A DNA stretch of 63,917 bases, counting the filler, from Pelomyxa schiedti (Eukaryota > Protista > Evosea): assembly GCA_020536535.1 (NCBI GenBank). It is 11 parts of 11 records of this genome, joined end to end, with 100 filler letters (N's around TTAATTAATTAA, not from the genome) between each part and the next. Parts side by side here need not be neighbours in the genome. Positions count along the whole stretch, not along the records: positions 29,986 to 37,471 come from JAHLWZ010001356.1; positions 37,572 to 40,770 come from JAHLWZ010001800.1; positions 40,871 to 43,415 come from JAHLWZ010001967.1; positions 43,516 to 50,625 come from JAHLWZ010001376.1; 7 more parts are not named here. One strand, written 5' to 3'. Both the position numbers and the translations under genes were made by a program. The notes below the pieces were generated by a model. The model was not told the origin of the DNA, did no database searches, and worked only from the letters and a program-made list of their open reading frames with translations. Positions 36,001-46,700 of the stretch are shown one piece after another (the stretch's first letter is position 1; the number at the start of each line of letters is the position of its first letter).

Positions 36001-37119
36001 ATGGCGGACGTAGCAGCAACGGTCCGCATCGAAGATGAGACCGACGCCCGCGATCAATTCATTGCCCTAGGCGTTGGAGTTATTGTGGGACGGTGCGGCC
36101 GCGACAATTGCAGCCCAGTGTGGGTCCTCACTCCCTCGTCGTTATCGTGGATCGGACGAGAATGGGTGGTTTACCCTGCCAGGCTCCTCGTACTGGAGTC
36201 GATGTGTTGGGAGTTCGTCAGGTTCAGCGTGTCGCCGACGCTCGGCCTCGTGCACCGTCCCACAATGATCAACTTTGGGCGCAACCCTGTCAGTTACGTC
36301 TACGGCTGGGTTGGCCCCCAGTCCACAGGCGACAGGTTCGCCCTGACACAGGCCGAGGTCCACGACGCCCAGAAACTGGTCGTGATCGACACGGCCGGGC
36401 GCAGCAAGGACCTGAGGCTGGCCGACTGGCTGGGCCTGAACGGACCCTGGTGCCACAGCAGGCGCTGGGTCGCGGCCATAAAACGGGGGCCCCCGCAGGA
36501 ATCCCTGACACTGTGGAACCTCGACCAAGTCGAGAGAGGCAGGGTAACCAAAGTGGAGGGCGTCGCTCTGCCGTGGCGAGTGGGCAGGGCCTCCTTTGGA
36601 TGCGACGGCTCGCTGGTCGTGTCCCACAGCGGGGGCGGCGTCGCGGCCATCGACCTCGCGGCCTCATTTGCACGGAGCAAGGCTGTTTGGAACCAGGTGC
36701 CGGTCGTGCCTGCTGTTGGCGGGACGTGCGACATGGAATACGTTGCGTGCTGGGATGGAAGGACCTACGCGTTGATCTATGGGAGAGATGGGAGCCCTTG
36801 GCTGCAGTGCCTGACGACCGGCCAGAGGAGCCTGTTGCGGCACACAAAGACACAGCCACTTGGTGGACCTTACATTTCCGTGTGCATCTTCAACAAAGGG
36901 GAGCGTCGGCTTGAGGTGTACAGTGTCCTTGAGCCAACCAAAGTGTGCCGTGTATACAGAGCACAGAGCCGAACTCAAAAGTTGCATTCTGGGCATGAGA
37001 TGGTTATCAGGGAGACTTGTTCTAGTAGGCCACAAGCAAGCACCATCGAGGTCATGGATGCAGGGACAGGCTTCCTTGTCTTCAAAATGGATGTCGAAGC
37101 CTTGCTAGGCATTTCATGA
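36001..37119 (+). CDS. Lineage-specific GVSPTLG-family protein (F-box-like N-terminus, degenerate beta-propeller), intronless, 372 aa
   Basis: DARDQFIALGVGVIVGRCG...REWVV, FSVSPTLGLV, CHSRRWVAA...LTLWNL, IEVMDAGTGFLV. Shares motifs with 52441-53751, 59647-60253, 61818-62384 and 37572-38875. Confidence 0.8.
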   Translation: MADVAATVRIEDETDARDQFIALGVGVIVGRCGRDNCSPVWVLTPSSLSWIGREWVVYPARLLVLESMCWEFVRFSVSPTLGLVHRPTMINFGRNPVSYVYGWVGPQSTGDRFALTQAEVHDAQKLVVIDTAGRSKDLRLADWLGLNGPWCHSRRWVAAIKRGPPQESLTLWNLDQVERGRVTKVEGVALPWRVGRASFGCDGSLVVSHSGGGVAAIDLAASFARSKAVWNQVPVVPAVGGTCDMEYVACWDGRTYALIYGRDGSPWLQCLTTGQRSLLRHTKTQPLGGPYISVCIFNKGERRLEVYSVLEPTKVCRVYRAQSRTQKLHSGHEMVIRETCSSRPQASTIEVMDAGTGFLVFKMDVEALLGIS

Positions 37120-37571
37120 AAAAAAAAATCGAATTGAAGGTGTCTGCGTCGCATACCGACGCACGCGACCGTCATTCTGGGACGGTGCGCAATGTCGTAA
37201 TCCGGGTTTCTGAAACCACCCCCCGGCATCAGGAGTTGCCTCAGCGTGATCATACTGCGAACAGAATAGAACTCGAGTGAATCATGTCAGAGCAGCACTT
37301 GCACTGCCCCAACGCAACCACAACCAATGGAGACATGCAAGAAGGAAGTGGAGAGTACCAGTGAGCCCAAGGCAGAGCCGGCAACTTCTGATGCCTCACC
37401 ATCCAACGCTGAATCAGCATCGGCAGCAAAGGATAATTCCGCTGTAACCGTCCCCAAAGATTCCTCAGCTGNNNNNNNNNNNNNNNNNNNNNNNNNNNNN
37501 NNNNNNNNNNNNNNNTTAATTAATTAANNNNNNNNNNNNNNNNNNNNNNNNNNNNNNNNNNNNNNNNNNNN

Positions 37572-38875
37572 TGCTCCTGCATCCTTTCATGTGCTCCTGG
37601 GACCCCTGGCTCTGGCTACACATGCTGCCCCAGCACCCCACCTCCCAAACTACACCTTACACCCACGCCTAAGGGAACAACAAAAAAAAAAAGGGGAATA
37701 AAAAAGCTAGCACAGACTGGAAGAACCCAAACCGGGGCCACTGTGGACCCCACCAATTTGGACCCCGTGGAAAAAGCTCCAAATTGGCCAAAGCGGGGGT
37801 TTTTTCCACGTTTGGGACACCACCGGTGTACACAGATTGGGCCCCACTCTGGACTCCCACCTCCCAAACTGGGGCCAGTTTGACTTCAGGGTGGTGCTGG
37901 TCCAGGACCCTGGCGATTTGAGTGCTACCTGGGGGGAGGAAAGGGGGTGGTGTCACTGCAGGAAGCACTGGCAACAAGGAGGAGCTGTCTGTTTGTTGTG
38001 GATAGGAATGGCCACTTTGTGAAGAGCCTTGGTTGAATAATATTCGCGAGATTCCAGTACTATGTGGAGCTCACGAGTGGTTGGTCCTTGCCTCAAATTA
38101 CAAATTACTGATGTGGAGGATGGCAGAGAATGGTCTTTGGTTGAGGAAGCCCACTACTATTGACAGTGAGCCATACATACTATGGGGCCTGCGGTTCCCT
38201 CGATTCCAAGGCAACTGTGGTGATGAAGTGGCTGTGTGGGCTAGCCCAAAACACAATGAAGAAATGCCGTGCTTTATTCTCTTTGTGGATTTATTCACAA
38301 GCTTTGAGACCACAACACTGCAGATGGTTACAAGTCCTGTAAAAATTCCAGACCAATGTGCTTCTGTAATCGATATCATGTGGTTATCCCCAGATACAAC
38401 TCTCACACTTAGTGGAAATGCACACAGTGGATGGGTGATCTACAACACAGCATCTGGTGTATTTCACCACTTCCCACATAACATGACACAGAAAACAGTG
38501 CATGTTGCTTTTTTACATCCTGAACATGTGTTGGTTATGACACTGTCAGAAACACCAGTTCAGATCGGAGCCAATTCGTGTCCCTACAATACATGCATTT
38601 ACTCTGCTTTCAACCTGGACACACCATGCTCAAGAACATTCAACCCTGAGTACCACCCCTTTTCAAGGGAGAGGATCATGCTTCGTGGCCGTGATTGTTC
38701 CTATGTGAGCATCACAGATTATGTTGATGGACTTGAGCTGCCAATTCTTCAGCATACAGGACTGTCCACTGAAGCCCATGTTCCCACCAGAAGAGATTCC
38801 AACAACCCACGACCACTGTCCCCACCATGGCCAGCAGCAGCACTTGAGCACAATTCCATTTCACTCCTGGTATGA
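37572..38875 (+). pseudogene. Degenerate or frameshifted member of the GVSPTLG family
   Basis: GVFSTFG fragment upstream and CGAHEWLVLASNYKLLMWRM in the 38033 ORF. The reading frame changes several times between 37800 and 38035 with no clear intron. Confidence 0.45.
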
Positions 38876-39802
38876 CCAATTACTGTCCCCAAGATGGCAA
38901 CCGCCAACGTACATCCCACCCCCCTCGTCACCCCACTCAACGTACTAGGTACCAGAATGGGCACCAGGAATTCACTCCCCATCCTCACCTCACACCTCTC
39001 TGTACAAGCCTTTTTCCGCCCTTAAGTCCTTGGGTCTAAAATCGTGCTACGTTTTTTTAGATCCACATTTTGGAGAGAAGTGGGCGTTGTGGGTACGCAT
39101 GAGAGTGAAAGAGTAAGAAGGGAAATTTGGGCCTGGTTGTGCACCCGTCACAGTAAAGTGTGGTCAGTCCGGTACCTACAACTGTTCAGCAATGACAAAA
39201 AAGGAGACGGATGTACGTCGGTGGTTGTCATGTCAGCAGCGGCAGGCAAGTTGACGACCTAAGTGTAAAAAAAAACCAGTGCTGAAAGAACAGATGGAAT
39301 TTACCTTGCCCGCTGGAATGATAGTATCTACTATGGGAAAAAGAAAACAAAGAAACAAGAAGCCACATACCAGTGGAAGGCTCGGAAATACATTAAAGGG
39401 GTGGTGCGGCAATGCTGTAGGCCTTATTACCTTATTACAAGGCGTAAATGCGTAAAAAATTACTTTTAATTAAATTAATAATAAATTAATTAATAAATAA
39501 AGAATAAAATATATACAAATTAAATTAATTTAATTGATTCAGAAATAAAACAATTAATATTAGATGGCATGGGGTACCGCTTGTTCCTCTTCAGAGCGGC
39601 ATGGTCTCCCCAAACATGCCATTTATGTCAAGGCCGCGGACTGCCTTGCTCACTAAAAAAATTATATGTTTTTCCCACACGACGCCACTTGTGGGAAGCA
39701 GCGCAACTACAACGATCCAATCGCGGCCGAGGATGGCCAGCGACGACGGGGTGAGCGCCGAGCCGCTGCGTCGTCCCACAATCACACCGAGAGATCTCTG
39801 GT

Positions 39803-40390
39803 TAGAGTAGCCGCTTAAAAACCGATACACAAAACTAAAACCCCGAGTCGGAAAAAAAAAACCGAGTCGGAATTTTTAACCCAAGTCGGAACTTTAAACC
39901 CAAGTCGGTATCCTCGGTTTCCGGTAAATACCGGACGGTCCACCACAAAATTTGGCAACATCAAATAACAACAGACCAGAACAGAATTATTTTTTCTTGT
40001 TGTTATGTTCTCAACATAATTAATTAAACGTTCCGTCTACAAACGCGACGGTCTGGTGTTTATTTCTTTATGGCATTTGTTTCTGATCAATAAACAAAAA
40101 AGCCTTTTCTCCACTGTCTTACTGACTTAACCGTCGGCAGTCGGTTGTTTTAAATATTGAAAATGCCTCGGTTCAAACAGAAAAGAAAAAAGAAACAGTG
40201 AGAGGGTACGAGAACGCTCAGGAGACACCTCTTATCTCCGACTTGGGGTCGCTGCCGACGGTGAGTTACTGCTAAAAAGAAAAACAGTGAGAGACGACGA
40301 AAAGAAGGCCGGGCGAATAAAATTTACAAGAAATCTGTTGATACCGACTTGCAAATATTTTTCCGACTTGGGTTTTAAGGGGCTACTCTA
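39803..40390. mobile_element. MITE (non-autonomous DNA transposon), about 584 bp, with TA target-site duplication
   Basis: Left end TA-GAGTAGCCGCTTAAAAACC (39803-39823) and right end GGGTTTTAAGGGGCTACTC-TA (40370-40390) are inverted repeats matching at 19/21. Subterminal (C/G)AGTCGG-type motifs occur x4 on the left (39841-39908) and inverted as CCGACT x3 on the right (~40238, 40344, 40363). No coding capacity. Confidence 0.75.
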
Positions 40391-41039
40391 CAGCAGCGTA
40401 GCACCTTGCGTCGCAGACGGAAGGGTTAACTTTTGGCACACCTTCCTGTTGAACCACAGGGTAATATCTGGAGGCCAGGGGCGGATTTTACACCATGCCA
40501 GAACGTGGCTGTTGGTTGCCTCAATCCTTACAAAGCTCGTGGTTCTCATGGAACTTTAAAAAAAATTTTTTTTTGCCTGATGTCCAAAATGGGCATCAGG
40601 CCAGGGCACAGAGGTGAGGGTAGAGGAGTGTGGAGCGGTGGCACAGAGCACAGATGTGAGATAGAGTGGGGTGTGCAAGGGCAAGAGGGTGGTGGGTGTG
40701 GAGGTGAGGTGGATGTCAGTCCTTCTGGCATCTGTGGAATTGTTGAGTGTGGTGAAGATAAAAGGGGAGANNNNNNNNNNNNNNNNNNNNNNNNNNNNNN
40801 NNNNNNNNNNNNNNTTAATTAATTAANNNNNNNNNNNNNNNNNNNNNNNNNNNNNNNNNNNNNNNNNNNNTTTGCTTCCTTATTTTTTGCATCATTGAGG
40901 ATGATGTTGTGCACCCAAGTTGTCTGTGGCGTTGGCAATCCATTGTAACTGCCAGTTTTTTGACCCACAGTGTCCACACAGCAAAAACTGTTGATCATTT
41001 TTTTGGTAAATTAATTTGACTTTGTTTTTTTTTTTTCCA

Positions 41040-41480
41040 AAACTAAGTCAAAAAAAAGGGGGAAAAAATTGATGATCGATTTTTACCATCAGAGAGTGAC
41101 AAAGCACGATATGAACTGCATCAACGAATTACCAATGACCCAGGCAGTTCAGTGCATTGAATGTTCCACGATTGTGCCACACCTCTCCAAACAGATGACC
41201 AAATGCAGGAATTGTTGAATCACCACCGTGTTGTGGGGTCCCCTGCTCTTCAATCAAAGTAAACCACATTGTCTGGTGCAGTGCATTGCCAGAAACTCGA
41301 AAAATCTGACTTCAAATTTTTTTTTTTCGAAGAATCTTTCTTCAGGTAAAAAAAAACTAAGTCAAAACAAAGGGGATAGATTTTTACCATCAGAGAGTGA
41401 CAAAGCACGATATGAACTGCGTCAACAAATTACCAATGACCCAGGCAGTTCACATGCACCAAATGTTCAACAATTGTGCC
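41040..41480 (+). repeat. Direct repeat of about 140 bp (41040-41180 and 41355-41480)
   Basis: Shared core GATTTTTACCATCAGAGAGTGACAAAGCACGATATGAACTGC...TTACCAATGACCCAGGCAGTTCA at about 41078 and 41379. Confidence 0.85.
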
Positions 41481-41623
41481 AGAGAGCAATGCACTACCAA
41501 TGACCCAAGCAATTCAGCTGTGCTCTGTGGTGTGTCCCTCTTCATGCAAAGGAAAACACTTTGAATGACGTTCCCTGTGTTGAATGGAACATTTTGACAT
41601 GAAGGGCACACTGATAGTGATCT

Positions 41624-41961
41624 GTGCCATTTAGCAAAACACCAAATGGCCTCACAGTACAAAAAAAAATTGTTGTTCTGACAGGCAACTGCTGGTGAAA
41701 TGATGCATCATTTCACAGGTTCGATTGTCACTTCTGAGTGTTTCAAATCTTTTTTTGCTGTGCGCCTATGTGACCTACAATGTTGTCAACCACTTCCCAC
41801 TGTTGCCAGCTTGATTTGATGTGTCCTTAGTACACAAATATCTGACCATCCCTTCAATAAATTCCCAATGTTCACTTAGAAATTCTGTTTTCAAATCGAA
41901 AATATTTTTTGAAGTCGTTTTTTTGTACTGTGAGGCCATTTGGTGTTTTGCTAAATGGCAC
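41624..41961. repeat. Perfect 44-bp inverted repeat with a 250-bp spacer
   Basis: GTGCCATTTAGCAAAACACCAAATGGCCTCACAGTACAAAAAAA at 41624-41667 is the exact reverse complement of 41918-41961. Confidence 0.9.
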
Positions 41962-43766
41962 TCTTTTGTGGGACTTATTCTCGAGCCCACAGAAGCTAAC
42001 ATTTTCAAAAAGTGGGAATGGAAAGATCATGATCGGTTCATCAAAACTTGGCATAAGCTGTTCTTGGGAGAGCATGCGTTTGCCCAATAACAAGTCATGG
42101 TGAGATGAATTACTGACTTGGAAATTCACCATCTTCAGGAATCAAATTTGATTTTTTTTGATTGTTTTCTCTACATATGCAAGGGAGAAAACAATCAAAA
42201 TGTGGGCAACCACCAAAACTGTGCCTTGTCAACAACAACAACAACAACACACAGTGGAGTGACAGCTGTTACCCAGACCCCAAACACACACCTGTTGTCA
42301 CTTGACAGGTGACTTGGCAGTGACCAGGCACCTTGAGTTTTCGAAAAAAACAGGACTGGGTGGTGTCGACACGTCCTCCCTCTAGCAGGCAGAAGACCTC
42401 CTCCCAGAAATTCACCACTGGGTGCTGCCAGTGATGTCACTGAACTTCGACTGCAGAAATGACTGTCTGGCACCAAATCAACGCCATCCTTCAAGAAACA
42501 CCCATTGTGGCACTGTTGCCAACGTTGGTGTCTTGCCACTCAGCCTGGTGGTATGACATTGGCTGTTCTTGTTGTTGTGCAACAGCATAATAAACAACAC
42601 ATCGGGTCTTTTTTTTTTTTCCCTTCAGCTGTCTCTTTTTCTCATCGTCAGGGTTTGAACCTGTTTACCTTGAAAGCGTGCATAAACCACGGCCCCACAC
42701 ACACAACTGGCGTTTGTTTGCACCAGAGTTGTGAACAACAACAGCAACCTGACAGGCACAACACATCTGGCCCAGATCTGCTCAGGTTTCTAGCTTTTTG
42801 CTCTGCTTGTGAAAACAAGGTGAAAACTACTGTGTGGAACTGCTAGAAATTTCAACCAAGCTACCAGCAAAGCTAACTTAAGTCTAAAACCTTTTCTAAA
42901 GGTGATTTCTATCCAATACCTACGCGTTTTGCCACACAGCAAAGGTAATCACTTGACTGATAATCCATTTGAACATCACAGCCTTTCCCCCAATTGCATT
43001 TTACACACTCCCTTTACAACAACAAGAACAAACAAGAGAACTCCTTATTCTCTTCACTCTCTCATTTTCTTCCTCTGTGGTACTTATTCTCAAGCCGACA
43101 TAATCTAACAATGGGCTTGGTTTCAAATGAAATCAAATAAATAATAGACCATACTTTCTGTAAATAACCTTAAAGGTTGTTAACCACATTGTAAAGAATG
43201 TAGTAAGAAGGGGAAACCACCCAAAAGTGGTTCACCATGCTCACACACTTTTGGGTGGGCAAAAAAAATAACATACAAGATCAGACTCTATCATAACATA
43301 CAGTAATAAGATAACAGTTCCTGCAATTACTGTGGAGGGTACTGCTCTGGGGTGAGCAAATGATGCCACTGCCCAGCAATGGAAATAGGATGGGACACCA
43401 TCTGTGCAACACTGCNNNNNNNNNNNNNNNNNNNNNNNNNNNNNNNNNNNNNNNNNNNNTTAATTAATTAANNNNNNNNNNNNNNNNNNNNNNNNNNNNN
43501 NNNNNNNNNNNNNNNGCAAGCACTGGTTTCTCCTTATAGTGTGCATCATTTTCCTTTCCCACCGTATTCCATCCTCTAAACATTCAAGACATATTCGCCA
43601 CTGTGTTGGAAATTGCCGGATTTGACATTCCTACTACCTAGTACCCAATTCGTGCCTGTCTGCTGGTATCCCTCAACACCTTTGCCTGTGTGAGGTTCCA
43701 TTTTATTAGCACTAACCAATCTGGTGCCTCTGTGATAACTCGTGAAATTTCAAAAAAATAAAGTTT

Positions 43767-46700
43767 TCACAACAAGGAAGAGAAACTGTGGAATTGGAGC
43801 GTGACAGTTACGTACTTGGATAGCCTGGGAGGCGGGGCGGCAGGGGGGGGGTCAGTAGAAACGAGTACGAAGTTGCAACCTATCGTGTAGTTGGTTTGGT
43901 GATTGCTTTTGGGTGTTTACCTGGTGGTGTGAGGAGCTCCGCTTCTGTCAAAACAAACCAAGAAAAGCCGGTGATGTCATACGCAAGGGGTGAACGAACT
44001 TCCAACAGCAATCCCTTCTGTCCTTGCATTGCAGTAAACGCCACCGCCACCGCCCTGTTCCTTGAAATGCTTGAGAATCCATACCAGCATATATTGGTTG
44101 AGCGGTTTGGTGACAAGTTGGTCTCCCACGACTCCGGCAGTGTTCCAAACCCGCGGTAGGCTACAACGTCAGTCACAGGCTTGAGCTTCGCGAGTGCCGT
44201 GAGGAGCAGCTTTGTGTATGGCTTCCATGGAGCCAATGATGCATTCGTTCTGTGTGGATCCCTCAGTGCCCAGTTCAGTGCTGCAAATACTTTTGGCTTA
44301 TTTTTCGTGTAAAGAACAATGGCTGCAGCTTCTTCCGTTGTCATTGGCTCCCCAACAAAGGAACCATTTCCAGATGCCCTAGTGACAAGGCCCTCATCTA
44401 TGACCTTGGTCCTGCAAAGAGCCACAGCTTCTGCGAGGCACTCTGCTGTGCACCCAACTTCAGAGTGCAAACCGAACAATGCAGCGTCGAGGGAAACTGT
44501 GGGCACACCCTGCAGAAGGTTCACAAGTGGCGGAATAGCGATGGCATCACTAAGACCGACATCAATCATGATGGCGTCGAGCGGTGGGGCCTGAAGCTGC
44601 TCACTTATCTCTGGACTGCAAACGATAAAAATGGAGCCATCACAGTGGTCCTTCACAATGTCAAAAGATGGGTCTGTATCAATACGACTCATGCAAAGTT
44701 GTGTCAGGATGCTTTTAAGCACTGATTGTGATTCATCATATCCTTTGAACCTACCAAAAACGTTGTGAGGCAAGGAGTTATTTAGAGTAAAAAAAAACAC
44801 TTGTTGAGCTTCTTTGCGTGAACATGGACACCCCTCCACACAGCGTCAAATGTTTCCCCATAAAAATCAGAGTAAACATGGCCCTTCAACTCTGGGATTC
44901 CATAAAGAAACCCATTCGCACTCCCCAACCCAAGGAGTTTGCTTGATACAGAAACTGCCAGAGAATACGTGCTTGTGGGTTGTGTTGGATTCCACCTTTT
45001 GAGTATCATTGCAAGTTGAGCCGTTTTTGCTTTCACAAGAATATTGGCATTCTCAATGAGCTTTCTGGCAAGTTCCTTTCCCACCCTGTTGCCTTCTTTC
45101 ACGGGGTCGATGCACCTAAGGCACTCTTTGGAGTGTGACTCCTTCCAGTCGGTGTCATAGGAGCACACAGCTTCTCTGATCGTATTGGCAGCAGGGAATA
45201 CCACAAAACCAACATACAGCGCCAGGGGTATCACAATCTGCCATATTGGGAATCTTGATTCATCACACGAGATGCAGTCAACCAGGTTGTTGTTGACCAG
45301 ACGAAGGTGCCTCGATATGGGTTTGAAGAAATTGGAAACGAACTGTCTCCACATCGGCTTCAGAGTGGCCCACAGGTGTTGGTTGAACGCAAACTCGGTG
45401 CTCCTTTCCACAGTCTGAGGCCAACTGAGCAGAATGCCCTTGCTTTGGCTTGCATTGAAGACAGCCTCCTTGGCAATGGCATCGAGTTTGACCAAAGTGT
45501 CTCTCGTTGCCTGCTGCACCAAATTCGAGCATTGGTGTTTTATCTCTTCTTCCCCTCTTTTCAGTTGCTGTACGAAACATTGGCACGTGGCGATTCCGTG
45601 TTGAAGTTCTCCAAAAGAGATCATTGCGTCAGCATACATTCCGCAGGGACCGCAGATCCCCTCACAGCCTCTCAAAATAATGGTGTCCAGTGTTCTTCCA
45701 ATCAGTCCTTGCAATCTTCTTTCAAAAATTTGGGACAGATCTGCGTACTTTGGTAGGTCTTTGACTGCTTTCCCGCAACGTATTTTGAGGAAACGAAGGG
45801 CAGACAGTTCAGCCCAATAAGGGGAGGTTTCCCTCTTGGGGTAGTGTCCCAGAATATCTGGGGCAAGAGCTTGCAGTTGAGAATAAAATGCATTAAGCAC
45901 TTCATCAGGAGTTTCTTGGTGTTCCTCCACTTCTTCTTCAAAAAGGAGGTCCGCCTTATTCCCAACGAAAAGAATGGGCACTGACTTGTGAATCCCAGTC
46001 TTGAGCAGAGTCTTGATGGCGTCAACGTCCTCCCGTTTTACGGCCCCAGAGTGGACATCAAGAATGTAAATTGCACCAGCAACGCCTTTCAAGGCGTTCA
46101 TAACCACCGCATCCAACTCCTTGCTCTCACCAAGGCCCGGAAGGTCAATGAAATCAAATCCTGAAACTGGAAGCTTTGTTTGACCAGCATCTTCTTTGCC
46201 AATGGCATTCGTTTCTACAGGAGGGGGGAGGTGCACTTCCACAATTGATGAGGCACCACTTACCTTTTGGTCCTCAGTCAATACCACGGCATTATATGGC
46301 AGTTCTCTGTTGAATTGGATTGGACCCTCGGTGACTGTTCCATCAGGGTTTTTGATGGTGTATTCCATTGTGTCTCCTGCCTTGATGACGGTTACGCGAC
46401 CTGTGCACTGCAGCTTCCGCGAAGGCAGCACGATATCTCCCAATATCGCATTGCAGAGCGTGCTTTTCCCAGCCTTCATATCACCAAGAACTGGATTAGC
46501 AATTAGAGGTTCCAGAATCTTTTCACTTGATTTTACATACTGGCAATAGCAGTGGATGGCCAAGGATACTCAGCAGGTTCACTCTTTTTTGTGTGAGTAT
46601 AGTTGGGGGAAAAAAAGAGGTACATTGCACAGAACACGTGTATCAGAGTGTATTTTTGTCAGCTCGGCTTTGGTCTGTGCAAAGTTTTTGATTGTTTTTT

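Larger units (their letters stand above)
40871..42600 (-). mobile_element. Possible heavily decayed hAT-like transposase remnants with internal duplications
   Basis: Minus-strand fragments in hAT order: LSSDNR..VTAVT, VVAHILIV (CxxH-like), SNSSHHDLLLGKRML (TRWNS-like) and EHWEFIEGMVRYL. Stops and frameshifts throughout. Similarity judged by eye only. Confidence 0.3.

Noticed and set aside
39050-39300. Possible zinc-knuckle or MULE remnant (C..KCGQSG..NC)
   Set aside because: A single weak, degenerate motif broken by stops, which is too little evidence.
39564-39622. Hairpin ATGGCATGGGG...CCCC...CATGCCAT as a Helitron end or snoRNA
   Set aside because: No CTRR terminus and no C/D or H/ACA boxes; a stem of this length can arise by chance.
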